A DNA stretch of 64,000 nucleotides from NCBI GenBank assembly GCA_040954595.2, contig CM082590.2, positions 10,938,088 to 11,002,087 of the forward strand. The letters run 5' to 3'. The position numbers and the translations under genes were made by a program. A model generated the notes under the pieces. The model was not told the DNA's origin, searched no databases, and was given only the letters and a program-made list of their open reading frames with translations. The stretch's first letter is position 1. Each line of letters opens with the position of its first letter. Shown here in pieces: positions 12,401 through 24,400 of this stretch. This stretch comes from Balanoglossus misakiensis (Eukaryota; Animalia; Hemichordata).

Positions 12401-15400
12401 GTGTTGCCAGCCCCATCCGTAGCAGAACATGTCACTACATTGTCTCCATTCACAAAGGTAGAATTAGATGGTGGATCACAGGTTACTTCAAGGATGTGTC
12501 CAGAATTGTCCAGAGCTGATTCTCCGCTAAATTCCACAACTGCTGTGGTATTTCCATAATCATTCTCAACTGTCATATCAGCTGGACATGTTACTACCGG
12601 ATTGGTTTCGTCTGAAACGGATAAAGTTAAAACTTTGAGCTGATCAACCAATAACAGGTGTTACTATCCAGGAAGAAACAATTACAAAAAGTAATATTGA
12701 CAGTCACAAAATACGAACCTTGTACAGTAATGGTGAAGCTACAGTTTCCAGTGTTTCCAGCCATATCAGTAGCAGAACAAGTCACAACATTCTCTCCACT
12801 GAAGAAAACAGAATTGGAGGGCGGATCACAGGTTACAGCGAGTATTGCTCCAGAATTATCCATTGCTGATTCTCCACTGAACTGAACGACAGCTGATGTG
12901 TTTCCATATTCATTCTCCACCACGATATCACCAGCTCCATTAAATTCTACCACTGATGTTGTATTTCCGTTCTCATACTCGACCGTCAAATTATTTGGAC
13001 ATGACAATACTGGCGCTGTTGTGTCTGTGGAATGAAAGTTATTTCAAAGATTATTCTACAATAGTGTCTGTTTTCATGGAAGATCACAGAACTTAACAGA
13101 GGAGATTGGAAGTGTCCAAATGAAATGCATACAAGGCCTGGAAAATGTGCTTTGATGAAATCATTCATCGTTTGAACAGCTCTGAGAGTACAAACCTTGA
13201 ACAATCACAAAAAAGGTACACGCTCCAACATTTCCAGCCACATCCGTAGCAGAACACGTCACAACTGTATCTCCACTCTCAAATGTGGAATCTGAAGGCG
13301 GATCACAGGTCACTGCGAGCAGATGTCCGGAATTGTCAGTGGCTGACTCTCCATCAAAGAATACAAAAGCAGTTGTGTTGCCGTAATCATTCTCGCTAGT
13401 AATGTTGGCAGGGCATGTCACAATGGGCATGGTGGTATCTGCAAAAAACAATTATCATCAGCAATGAAGGCAGGTTGTTCTTAGAAGCTTTTGGATGGTC
13501 TTTAGTGTAGTGCAAGAAGAGATATTGAAATAGGAGTGGAGAAGCTTCAGAAAAGAAATTCACAAACCACCAGTAGAAAACTTCTTCAACATATCTGGCA
13601 AACAGGTCTTTTTCCAGTTGATTGCAAGACAGTTGACAGTCTGTGACAAAAGAATAGATCGCTGCTAAATACATCAATTGAATTAGGATTAAAAGTTATT
13701 ACCTTCAACAGTTACTATAAAAGCACAAGTTCCCACATTTCCAGCCACATCAGTAGCAGAGCATGTCACTATTGTGTCTCCGCTAACAAACGAAGAATTC
13801 GATGGCGGGTCGCACGTCACTGCCAGTTGGTGTCCAGCATTGTCAATGGCTGACTCTCCACTAAACACAACAACTGCAGTTGTATTGCCATAGTCGTATT
13901 CAACTGTAACATTTGATGGGCAGGATACAACAGGGCTTATGGTGTCTGAAAAATAAACATATACAATGCAATTATTGACATCATTTCCATGACATAAATG
14001 TTTACATCCAGCTCCAAAATGTCAAAACGCTCATATCAGCTGCTCTTAGATTGGACACAAAAGATACAATCACATACCTTGGACAGTTACTATGAAACGA
14101 CATGTTCCTACATTTCCAGCCATATCTGTGGCATTACAAGTCACAATTGTGTTTCCGTTGGTGAATGTAGAGTTCGATGGTGGATTACACATCACTTCTG
14201 GTTGATATCCAGAATTGTCTACAGCCGACTCGCCATCAAAAAGCACAACTGCAGTTGTATTGCCGTAGTCGTATTCAACAGTTACATTTGTGGGACAAGT
14301 CAAGACGGGATTGGTGGTATCTGAAATATTACATTTGTAAATAGCCACCTCAAGTATTGGACAGTCTAACAAAATGTGGAGAAAATACACAATGCAAATG
14401 GTCATTTGCGAGTAGCAAATGGTGAAATTTGACACTTGCAAGTGGTGACAAGTATCATTCTAAAGTCATCACTCGCAAAAGATACATTTGACCACAGTTG
14501 GCACATGTCACAAAAAGTATACATACCTTGCACAGTGATTGTAAAATTGCAGCTTCCAATGTTACCACTCTCATCAGTAGAACTACAAGTAACTGCATTG
14601 TCTCCACTCACAAATGTAGAATTTGATGGTGGATTACAAGTAACTAGAACACTCTTTCCAGAATTATCTGTTGCCGACTCTCCACTGAATTCAACCACTG
14701 CTGTTGTATTGCCATAGTCATACTCCACTGTCAAACCAGCAGGACAGGTTACCATGGGATTTGTTGTGTCTGGAAATAATAATGTGATCAGACAGTTGAA
14801 ATGTAGGCATTCACTGTGTAAATGTGAAATTGAACAATGTCCATAAGGTAAACAAGGGACTTGATTCAAGTTACATGAATGACCCCAGTTAGGACTAATT
14901 CCTACAGTTTTACACAGCATGCACAGAAACAAATCAAGGGTACATACCTTGGACAGTAATGGTGAAGCTACAATTTCCAGTGTTGCCAGCTACATCCATA
15001 GCAGAACACGTCACAACTGTATCTCCACTCTCAAATGTGGAATCTGAAGGCGGATCACAGGTCACTGCGAGCAGATGTCCGGAATTGTCAGTGGCTGACT
15101 CTCCATCAAAGAATACAAAAGCAGTTGTGTTGCCGTAATCATTCTCGCTAGTAATGTTGGCAGGGCATGTCACAATGGGCATGGTGGTATCTGCAAAAAA
15201 CAATTATCATCAGCAATGAAGGCAGGTTGTTCTTAGAAGCTTTTGGATGGTCTTTAGTGTAGTGCAAGAAGAGATATTGAAATAGGAGTGGAGAAGCTTC
15301 AGAAAAGAAATTCACAAACCACCAGTAGAAAACTTCTTCAACATATCTGGCAAACAGGTCTTTTTCCAGTTGATTGCAAGACAGTTGACAGTCTGTGACA

Positions 15401-18400
15401 AAAGAATAGATCGCTGCTAAATACATCAATTGAATTAGGATTAAAAGTTATTACCTTCAACAGTTACTATGAAAGCACAAGTTCCCACATTTCCAGCCAC
15501 ATCAGTAGCAGAGCATGTCACTATTGTGTCTCCGCTAACAAACGAAGAATTCGATGGCGGGTCGCACGTCACTGCCAGTTGGTGTCCAGCATTGTCAATA
15601 GCCGACTCTCCACTAAACACAACAACTGCAGTTGTATTGCCATAGTCGTATTCAACTGTAACATTTGATGGGCAGGATACAACAGGGCTTATGGTGTCTG
15701 AAAAATAAACATATACAATGCAATTATTGACATCATTTCCATGACATAAATCTTGACATCCACTTCCAAAATGTCAAAACGCTCATATCAGCTGCTCTTA
15801 GATTGGACACAAAAGATACAATCACGTACCTTGGACAGTTACTATGAAACGACATGTTCCTACATTTCCAGCTATATCTGTGGCATTACAAGTCACAATT
15901 GTGTTTCCGTTGGTGAATGTAGAGTTCGATGGTGGATTACACATCACTTCTGGTTGATATCCAGAATTGTCTACAGCCGACTCGCCATCAAAAAGCACAA
16001 CTGCAGTTGTATTGCCGTAGTCGTATTCAACAGTTACATTTGTGGGACAAGTCAAGACGGGGTTGGTGGTATCTGAAATAGTACATTTGTAAATAGCCAC
16101 ATCAAGTATTTGACAGTCTAACAAAATGTGGAGAAAATACACAATGCAAATGGTCATTTGCGAGTAGCAAATGGTGAAATGTGACACTTGCAAGTGGTGA
16201 CAAGTATCATGCTAAAGTCATCACTCGCAAAAGATACATTTGACCACAGTTGGCACATGTCACAAAAAGTATACATACCTTGCACAGTGATTGTAAAATT
16301 GCAGCTTCCAATGTTACCACTCTCATCAGTAGAACTACAAGTAACTGCATTGACTCCACTCACAAATGTAGAATTTGATGGTGGATTACAAGTAACCAAT
16401 ACACTCTTTCCAGAATTATCTGTTGCTGACTCTCCACTGAATTCAACCACTGCTGTTGTATTGCCATAGTCATACTCCACTGTCAAACCAGCAGGACAGG
16501 TTACCATTGGATTTGTTGTGTCTGGAAACAATAATGTGATCAGACAGTTGAAATGTAGGAATTCAATGCGTAAATGTGAAATTGAACAATGTCCATAAGG
16601 TAAACAAGGGACTTGATTCAAGTTACATGAATGACCCCAGTTAGGACTAATTCCTACAGTTTAACAACATGCCCAAAAACAAATCAAGGTTACATACCTT
16701 GTACAGTAATGGTGAAGCTACAATTTCCTGTGTTGCCAGCCCCATCCATAGCAGAACATGTCACTACATTGTCTCCATTCATAAAGGTAGAATTAGATGG
16801 TGGATCACAGGTTACTGCAAGGATGTGTCCAGAATTGTCGAGAGCTGATTCTCCGCTAAATTCCACAACTGCTGTGGTATTTCCATAATCATTCTCAACT
16901 GTCATATCAGCTGGACATGTTACTACTGGATTGGTTTCGTCTGAAACGGATAAAGTTAAAACTTTGAGCTGATCAACCAATAACAAGTGTTACTATCCAT
17001 GAAGAAACAATTACAAAAAGTAATATTGACAGTCACAAAATACGAACCTTGTACAGTAATGGTGAAGCTACAGTTTCCAGTGTTTCCAGCGACATCAGTA
17101 GCAGAACAAGTCACAACATTCTCTCCACTGAAGAAAACAGAATTGGAGGGCGGATCACAGGTTACAGCGAGTATTGCTCCAGAATTATCCATTGCTGATT
17201 CTCCACTGAACTGAACGACAGCTGATGTGTTTCCATATTCATTCTCAACCACGATATCACCAGGTCCATTAAATTCTACCACTGATGTTGTATTTCCATT
17301 CTCATACTCGACCGTCAAATTATTCGGACATGACAATACTGGTGCTGTTGTGTCTGTGGAATGAAAGTTATTTTGAAGATTATTCTACAATAATGTCTGT
17401 TTTCATGGAAGATCACAGAACTTAACAGAGGAGATTGGAAGTGTCCAAATGAAATGCATACAAGGCCTGGAAAATGTGGTTTGATGAAATCATTCATCGT
17501 TTGAACAGCTCTGAGAGTACAAACCTTGAACAATCACAAAAAAGGTACACGCTCCAACATTTCCAGCCACATCAGTAGCAGAACACGTCACAACTGTATC
17601 TCCACTCTCAAATGTGGAATCTGAAGGCGGATCACAGGTCACTGCGAGCAGATGTCCGGAATTGTCAGTGGCTGACTCTCCATCAAAGAATACAAAAGCA
17701 GTTGTGTTGCCGTAATCATTCTCGCTAGTAATGTTGGCAGGGCATGTCACAATGGGCATGGTGGTATCTGCAAAAAACAATTATCATCAGCAATGAAGGC
17801 AGGTTGTTCTTAGAAGCTTTTGGAAGGTCTTTAGTGTAGTGCAAGAAGAGATATTTGAAATAGGAGTGGAGAAGCTTCAGAAAAGAAATTAACAAACCAC
17901 CAGTAGAAAACTTCTTCAACATATCTGGCAAACAGGGCTTTTTCCAGTTGATTGCAAGACTGTTGACAGTCTGTGACAAAAGAATAGATCGCTGCTAAAT
18001 ACATCAATTGAATTAGGATTAAAAGTTATTACCTTCAACAGTTACTATAAAAGCACAAGTTCCCACATTTCCAGCCACATCAGTAGCAGAGCATGTCACT
18101 ATTGTGTCTCCGCTAACAAACGAAGAATTCGATGGCGGGTCGCACGTCACTGCCAGTTGGTGTCCAGCATTGTCAATAGCCGACTCTCCACTAAACACAA
18201 CAACTGCAGTTGTATTGCCGTAGTCGTATTCAACTGTAACATTTGATGGGCAGGATATAACAGGGCTTATGGTGTCTGAAAAATAAACATATACAATGCA
18301 ATTATTGACATCATTTCCATGACATAAATCTTGACATCCACTTCCAAAATGTCAAAACGCTCATATCAGCTGCTCTTAGATTGGACACAAAAGATACAAT

Positions 18401-21400
18401 CACGTACCTTGGACAGTTACTATGAAATGACATGTTCCTACATTTCCAGCCATATCTGTGGCATTACAAGTCACAATTGTGTTTCCGTTGGTGAATGTAG
18501 AGTTCGATGGTGGATTACACATCACTTCTGGTTGATATCCAGAATTGTCTACAGCCGACTCGCCATCAAAAAGCACAACTGCAGTTGTATTGCCGTAGTC
18601 GTATTCAACAGTTACATTTGTGGGACAAGTCAAGACGGGGTTGGTGGTATCTGAAATATTACATTTGTAAATAGCCACATCAAGTATTGGACAGTCTAAC
18701 AAAATGTAGAGAAAATACACAATGCAAATGATCATTTGCGAGTAGCAAATGGTGAAATGTGACACTTGCAAGTGGTGACAAGTATCATTCTAAAGTCATC
18801 ACTCGCAAAAGATACATTTGACCACAGTTGGCACATGTCACAAAAAGAATACATACCTTGCACAGTGATTGTAAAATTGCAGCTTCCAATGTTACCACTC
18901 TCATCAGTAGAACTACAAGTAACTGCATTGTCTCCACTCACAAACGTAGAATTTGATGGTGGATTACAAGTAACTAGAACACTCTTTCCAGAATTATCTG
19001 TTGCCGACTCTCCACTGAATTCAACCACTGCTGTTGTATTGCCGTAGTCGTATTCAACAGTTACATTTGTGGGACAAGTCAAGACGGGGTTGGTGATATC
19101 TGAAATATTACATTTGTAAATAGCCACATTAAGTATTGGACAGTCTAACAAAATGTGGAGAAAATACACAATGCAAATGATCATTTGCGAGTAGCAAATG
19201 GTGAAATGTGACACTTGCAAGTGGTGACAAGTTTTTGTTGCCTACCTTGTACAGTCAGAGTGAAATTACAGGAACCTGTGTTATTTGCTGCATCAGTTGC
19301 AGAACAGGTGACAATGTTATCTCCTAAGGCAAAGGCAGAGTTCGATGGGGGATCGCAGGTAATTGTGAGCGTTTCCCCAGAGTTGTCACTTGCTGATTCT
19401 CCACTGTAAGCAATTATAGCCGTGCTGTTTCCCATGTCATTCTCGACTGTTGTGTCGTTTGGACAAGTTACCACAGGAACAGCATCATCTGAAGATAATT
19501 TAAAGTGAAATTTAGTTACGGAAATTGGATCGTACTTTCCTTGCTGAACTGTGTTTGATTCCAGTGGTACATATTAAAGACATACAATTCTTTCTATATA
19601 CAGTTAAAAAAGCAAGTCTGGGCGTTCGCAAGAATATATAATATTATGGTCGTTTTTGCTTGGCCATCCACTGAAAATTTGTGATTGGCTCGATCTCCGT
19701 TTACCATGGTAACAGTGACTAAAGTTGCGTATGTGATATGATGTGTACTAGTGTCTTAGTAACGGCTCAAGATAGATGGACAGACAGAGGGCAATCTATT
19801 AGTCTAATAAAAATATAAAATACATCCTTTTTATATGTCAAGAAGCATGATACAGCTATAGACAATTTCACAGATAGGGTATCTGCAATGCATAATGGTA
19901 CAATTTGCGTTCAACATAGTGTCTAGTATATGGCTAATGCACGCACTCAGAACACAAACTGCCCCACAACTCCTTGTGTTATTCTATCCGCGAAGTGGTC
20001 TATGGGGAGCTAGACTTCTGAAAAGGTTGCATGTTACCTTTGAGACAGGTTGGAACAGGATCACTCCAGACGCCGTCGTAACACGATGAAGTACTTTCGC
20101 CTTGTAAGAGATAACCTGTGTCACAGGAGAAAGAGACTGTAGATCCATGGGTATAACTGGTAGCGTCTTGTTGTCCATTGGTTGGTGTCCCGGGATCAGT
20201 GCAGTCCGCTGAAGAACAATGATATTCACATTAATCGAGAGGCTCCCTTACATGTAATCAAGTGATGTCAGGAAGTGGCGTACACATATGCAGAGTGACG
20301 CATGAATTTTTTAATATCAACAGAGGCAACTATTTCACAATGATTAAAGGGACAAAGTCTTTCTCTCGCTGCCCTTTTTCCATTAATTATGTTTGATACA
20401 AGACACTTTTTATGTTAATGTACATTTGGATACATAGTGAATCAACGTTCAACCACACACAACTTCTCTTCTTTCACTAACTGTATCCTTGCACTTGAAA
20501 AATTTTGTGACTATTTATTTTCACGTTTTTCTGGCTCTCGCAAATTTATCGTTCGAGACATACATACCCAAGCAAGCGGGAAACACATCACTCCATCCAC
20601 CAGAAGTGCATGTAATGACACTTTGGCCAACCAAAGTGTAATTGGCATCACAGGCAAAGGTGACGGCCGTACCGTGTGTATAATCGGGAGTGCCAACCTG
20701 GTAACCATTTTGTGGACTGCCAGGGTCTGTGCAGTCCTCATCGCCTGAATGATAAAAAAAAATAGACACATGCATTTTAACCCTTTCATCCCCAGTTCCA
20801 TCTAAAGAGGTCCAGTTTTACCATGGAAAACAATGGTTTGGGGCCAAACCATTGTGGTGAAAGGGTTAATGAGCGTGTTGAAAGCATAAAAGAGGAACCT
20901 CATACTTAAACATTGAGGAATGGGGTCACTCCATGTTCCTTCATCGCACACAATGCTGCTCTCGCCAACTAAACTGTAACCTGGACTACATGAAAACGTC
21001 AGCGTGGAACCATGTGAGTAGTCTGGTGTTCCATCCTGTTGGCCATCTGTGGGTGTGCCTGGATCTGTGCAACTTTCTGTGCAAATAAAAACAATTGTGG
21101 CAATATTTAATAGGCTATTTAGTGTGAGTTCTTATATTGTGCAAAGTGATATCCACAATTGAATACACCCTTTTCATTAGTCGAGTTCCCTCATCATGAA
21201 TTTGAACTCAATGCGAGGCCAATGGGGAAAGTTGACCAATCACATCAAGGGGATTTCCCAATTGGCCTCGCTTTGAGTTCAAATTCATGATGTCTGCATG
21301 AGGGAACTAGACTTATGAAAAGGATGTTTAGTTGCAGAGTTAAAAAAATTATAAGTTCTGCGTTGTTTAAAAGCACGATAAGTCAGATATTGTTTGTCCT

Positions 21401-24400
21401 GTGTCACATGTGAATCTCCTCCCAAATAGTAATCTGCATAGCCACGCGAGATACTGGAGAGTCTCATAGAGTTCAGAAAATGGTCTACTGAAATTGAAAA
21501 CTGATTTTTGAACTCACCTATGCAAGTTGGAACAGCGTTACTCCACACACCACCCTCGCAAGTTATTGTAGTGGAACCTGACATTGTATATCCAGACGCA
21601 CACTGAAAAGTCACAGTTGATCCGTGAGTGTAGTCCGGATTTCCCACTTGGCTCCCATTAATCGGAGTTCCAGGATCTGAGCAATCCACTGGAGAAATGA
21701 CAGAAAAGATATTATTTAATATAATACATTTTAAATACAAAAATAGAGAGAAAACAGTATGTTCCCATTCAAAACCTTTCTGTCATCGATTCACCCTATG
21801 CATTCTGTAGTGGAACAATCATAATTTTACAGAGGGAATAAGTTTGAATCCCTCAAATCTGATGTCATTATATGTAACATTTCTCTAATAAACATACGTT
21901 CACATGTTGGTATGTCGTCGCTCCAAGATCCACCGTTACACGTGAGACTGGCTGTGCCCACAAGTGTATAATTGGTGAAACAGGAAAAAGCCACACTTGA
22001 TCCGTGGGAATAATCTGGGCTTCCGTCTTGTTTTCCGTTGGTAGGTGTGCCTGGGTCTGAGCAGCCAACTGGGAGGAAATGGAGTAGAATGTTAAAGGCC
22101 CATGAACTGCAACTTTTGCATTTTGTAAATTGTATCATATATATGCAACAAACCAGACAAGCTCAAGCAGTACACTGTGGCCTATACTGTCCTTGTTTCT
22201 GCGTTGCCTGCTTGGAGATGATGCATTGTTTGGGAAGGGTGCCCTCTTTATGAAAAAATGTGTATTGAAGAAATCCAATCTGATAAAATATGCTTACCTT
22301 CACACGTGGGCACTGGAGCACTGTAAGTTCCATTAAAGCAAGTGATACTGCCAGCGCCATCCAGTGAATGTCCAGCTGAACACTGGAAGCTCACGGTTGA
22401 TCCGTGAGTGTAGTCAGGATTTCCGACTTGAGACCCGTTGTTCGGTGTGCCTGGATCTTCACAGTCACCTGCATTCAAGAAACAACAGACATATTTCCAA
22501 TCCATCATTTAGTTTAAAGGGCATGTGCCAAACCGGAGACTCTGGTTACAAAAATTGTATACAGTCTATGCCATAAGCTATAAGGCAGTGTGCTGTCCTA
22601 ACAACTGACAAGATGGTGGCGACCATAGTCTGTGTCGGAGATCAGGAAAAGATATCAAATTGGGTGAAAAGAAGGGAAAAAACTAAAGTATATAAGATGC
22701 GCATGAAATTTGGAAGGCAGCGAAGGCAGTTAGATGATGGATAACAATAAAATAAAATCTCGTCAAAACTTACCATAACATATGGGTATGGAGTCACTCC
22801 ATGAGCCACCTGTACATGTGATTAAACTGTCGCCAACCAATGAGAAACCAGCGTCACACGAAAAAGAAACCGTTGAGCCGTGAGAATAGTCAGGACTTCC
22901 ATCTTGTTGACCATCTTCAGGGGTTCCAGGATAACTACAGTCACCTAATAAAGAAAAAGCACTTTTTGAAAAATGTTCTGGGGATTTCAATAAGATTTTA
23001 AAGATTTTGATATACCACAGATTTTAATATAAAAAGGGGTTTTAGGGTCAATACAGTCAGCTAATAAAGACTAACTTGATAAAAATGTTCCAGAGAATTC
23101 AATAAGATTCTATAGATTTTGACATGCCATAAAATTCAATAGAAAATGAGTAATAGAAATCTCCAGTTGTCCATAGAAATTCTATAAACTTATATAGAAT
23201 TCAAAAGGCTAAACAATTCTATAGATATGTATAGAATATCTTTATAATGGTTGTATTGTGTTGTGAGAACAAGAAAGAGCTCACCTACTCAGACACTTGG
23301 AAAGTAAAACATTCTATAAACTTCTATAGAAATTCAAAAGGCTAAACAATTCTATAGATGTCTATAGAATATCTTTGTAATGGTTGCATTATACAAATGA
23401 AAAAAAAGCTCACTTACTCAGACACTGGGGGATAGGATCACTCCAGTTGCCTGTCTCACAGCTTATACTACTGGAACCGATAAGACTGTAGCCAGATATG
23501 CAGGTAAAAGTAACAGTTGATCCATGAGAGTAATCAGGGCTTCCCTCTTGTGCTCCATTGGCCGGTGTGCCCGGGTCACCACAGCTGGCTGCAACAGACA
23601 TTTATTCCCTGTGAGTTCTGTGAAAAAGACAAGCAAAAAGGCAACAAAATGAAAGAGTGTCTCTTACCTATGCATGTGGGAACAGATCCACTCCATTGAC
23701 CATCGCCATCACAGGATATAACGCTTCTACCAAGTAATATATATCCTCCATTGCAAGCAAACTGGACAGTTGATCCAAAAGAGTAGTCAGGACTGCCTAC
23801 TTGGTATCCATCTGTTGGTGTTCCCGGATCGGTGCAATCCTCTGCAAAAAATGGTATAATACAGTCAAACCTGTGTTAGTGGCCACCTCTATATAGTGGC
23901 CACATTGTTACAACTTCCAAATACAATTTACTTGTGCATTAACTAACCTGTCTATAAATCCAGTTTAGGAAAAGTCCCTTGATTGGCCACTAAAGACAGG
24001 TTTGACTGTACAACTTTATCTCTCTTTCGTGGCCACCTCTAGTGGCCACATTGTTACATTCGACATCAAATAAATCTGAATGTTCCTATTGTCATGCAAA
24101 TACAGATATCGATAAACATGCTGCACTTTACTGTACAATGGCCAGGAATTTTGAAATTAAAAATGCTTGCACTCACTTGAATTCAATTCTTCACATTTTT
24201 ACATTACAAGAGGATGATTATCTTTCAAAACTTGAATGTCATAAAAAATGGAAGCCTGTGAGATTAGCGTCACTTTCGCAGGATGTTCTGTACGTAACAC
24301 GGACATTCATTTCCGTATCGCAGAGTCTTGTAGTATTGAAATGGGTGCCAGAACACTTACCATAACAGAGAGGCACAGACCCACTCCATGTTCCACTGCT

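Larger units (their letters stand above)
1..14700. repeat. Direct segmental duplication: 1-~4740 repeated at 9941-~14700 (period about 9.94 kb)
   Basis: Position 1 (acgacctgcccagaattgtc...) recurs at 9941. Exons and introns stay collinear with scattered substitutions and small indels. Confidence 0.95.

Noticed and set aside
289-19409. Many plus-strand ORFs antisense to the HYR exons
   Set aside because: They are shadow frames of the minus-strand exons and coincide with them; the splice signals support only the minus strand.
204-19474. HYR ORFs as separate small genes or a V-segment-like rearranging locus
   Set aside because: Each is bounded by AG/GT in the same phase, lacks its own signal peptide, and I saw no consistent heptamer/nonamer-type signals. 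They are exons of one gene.
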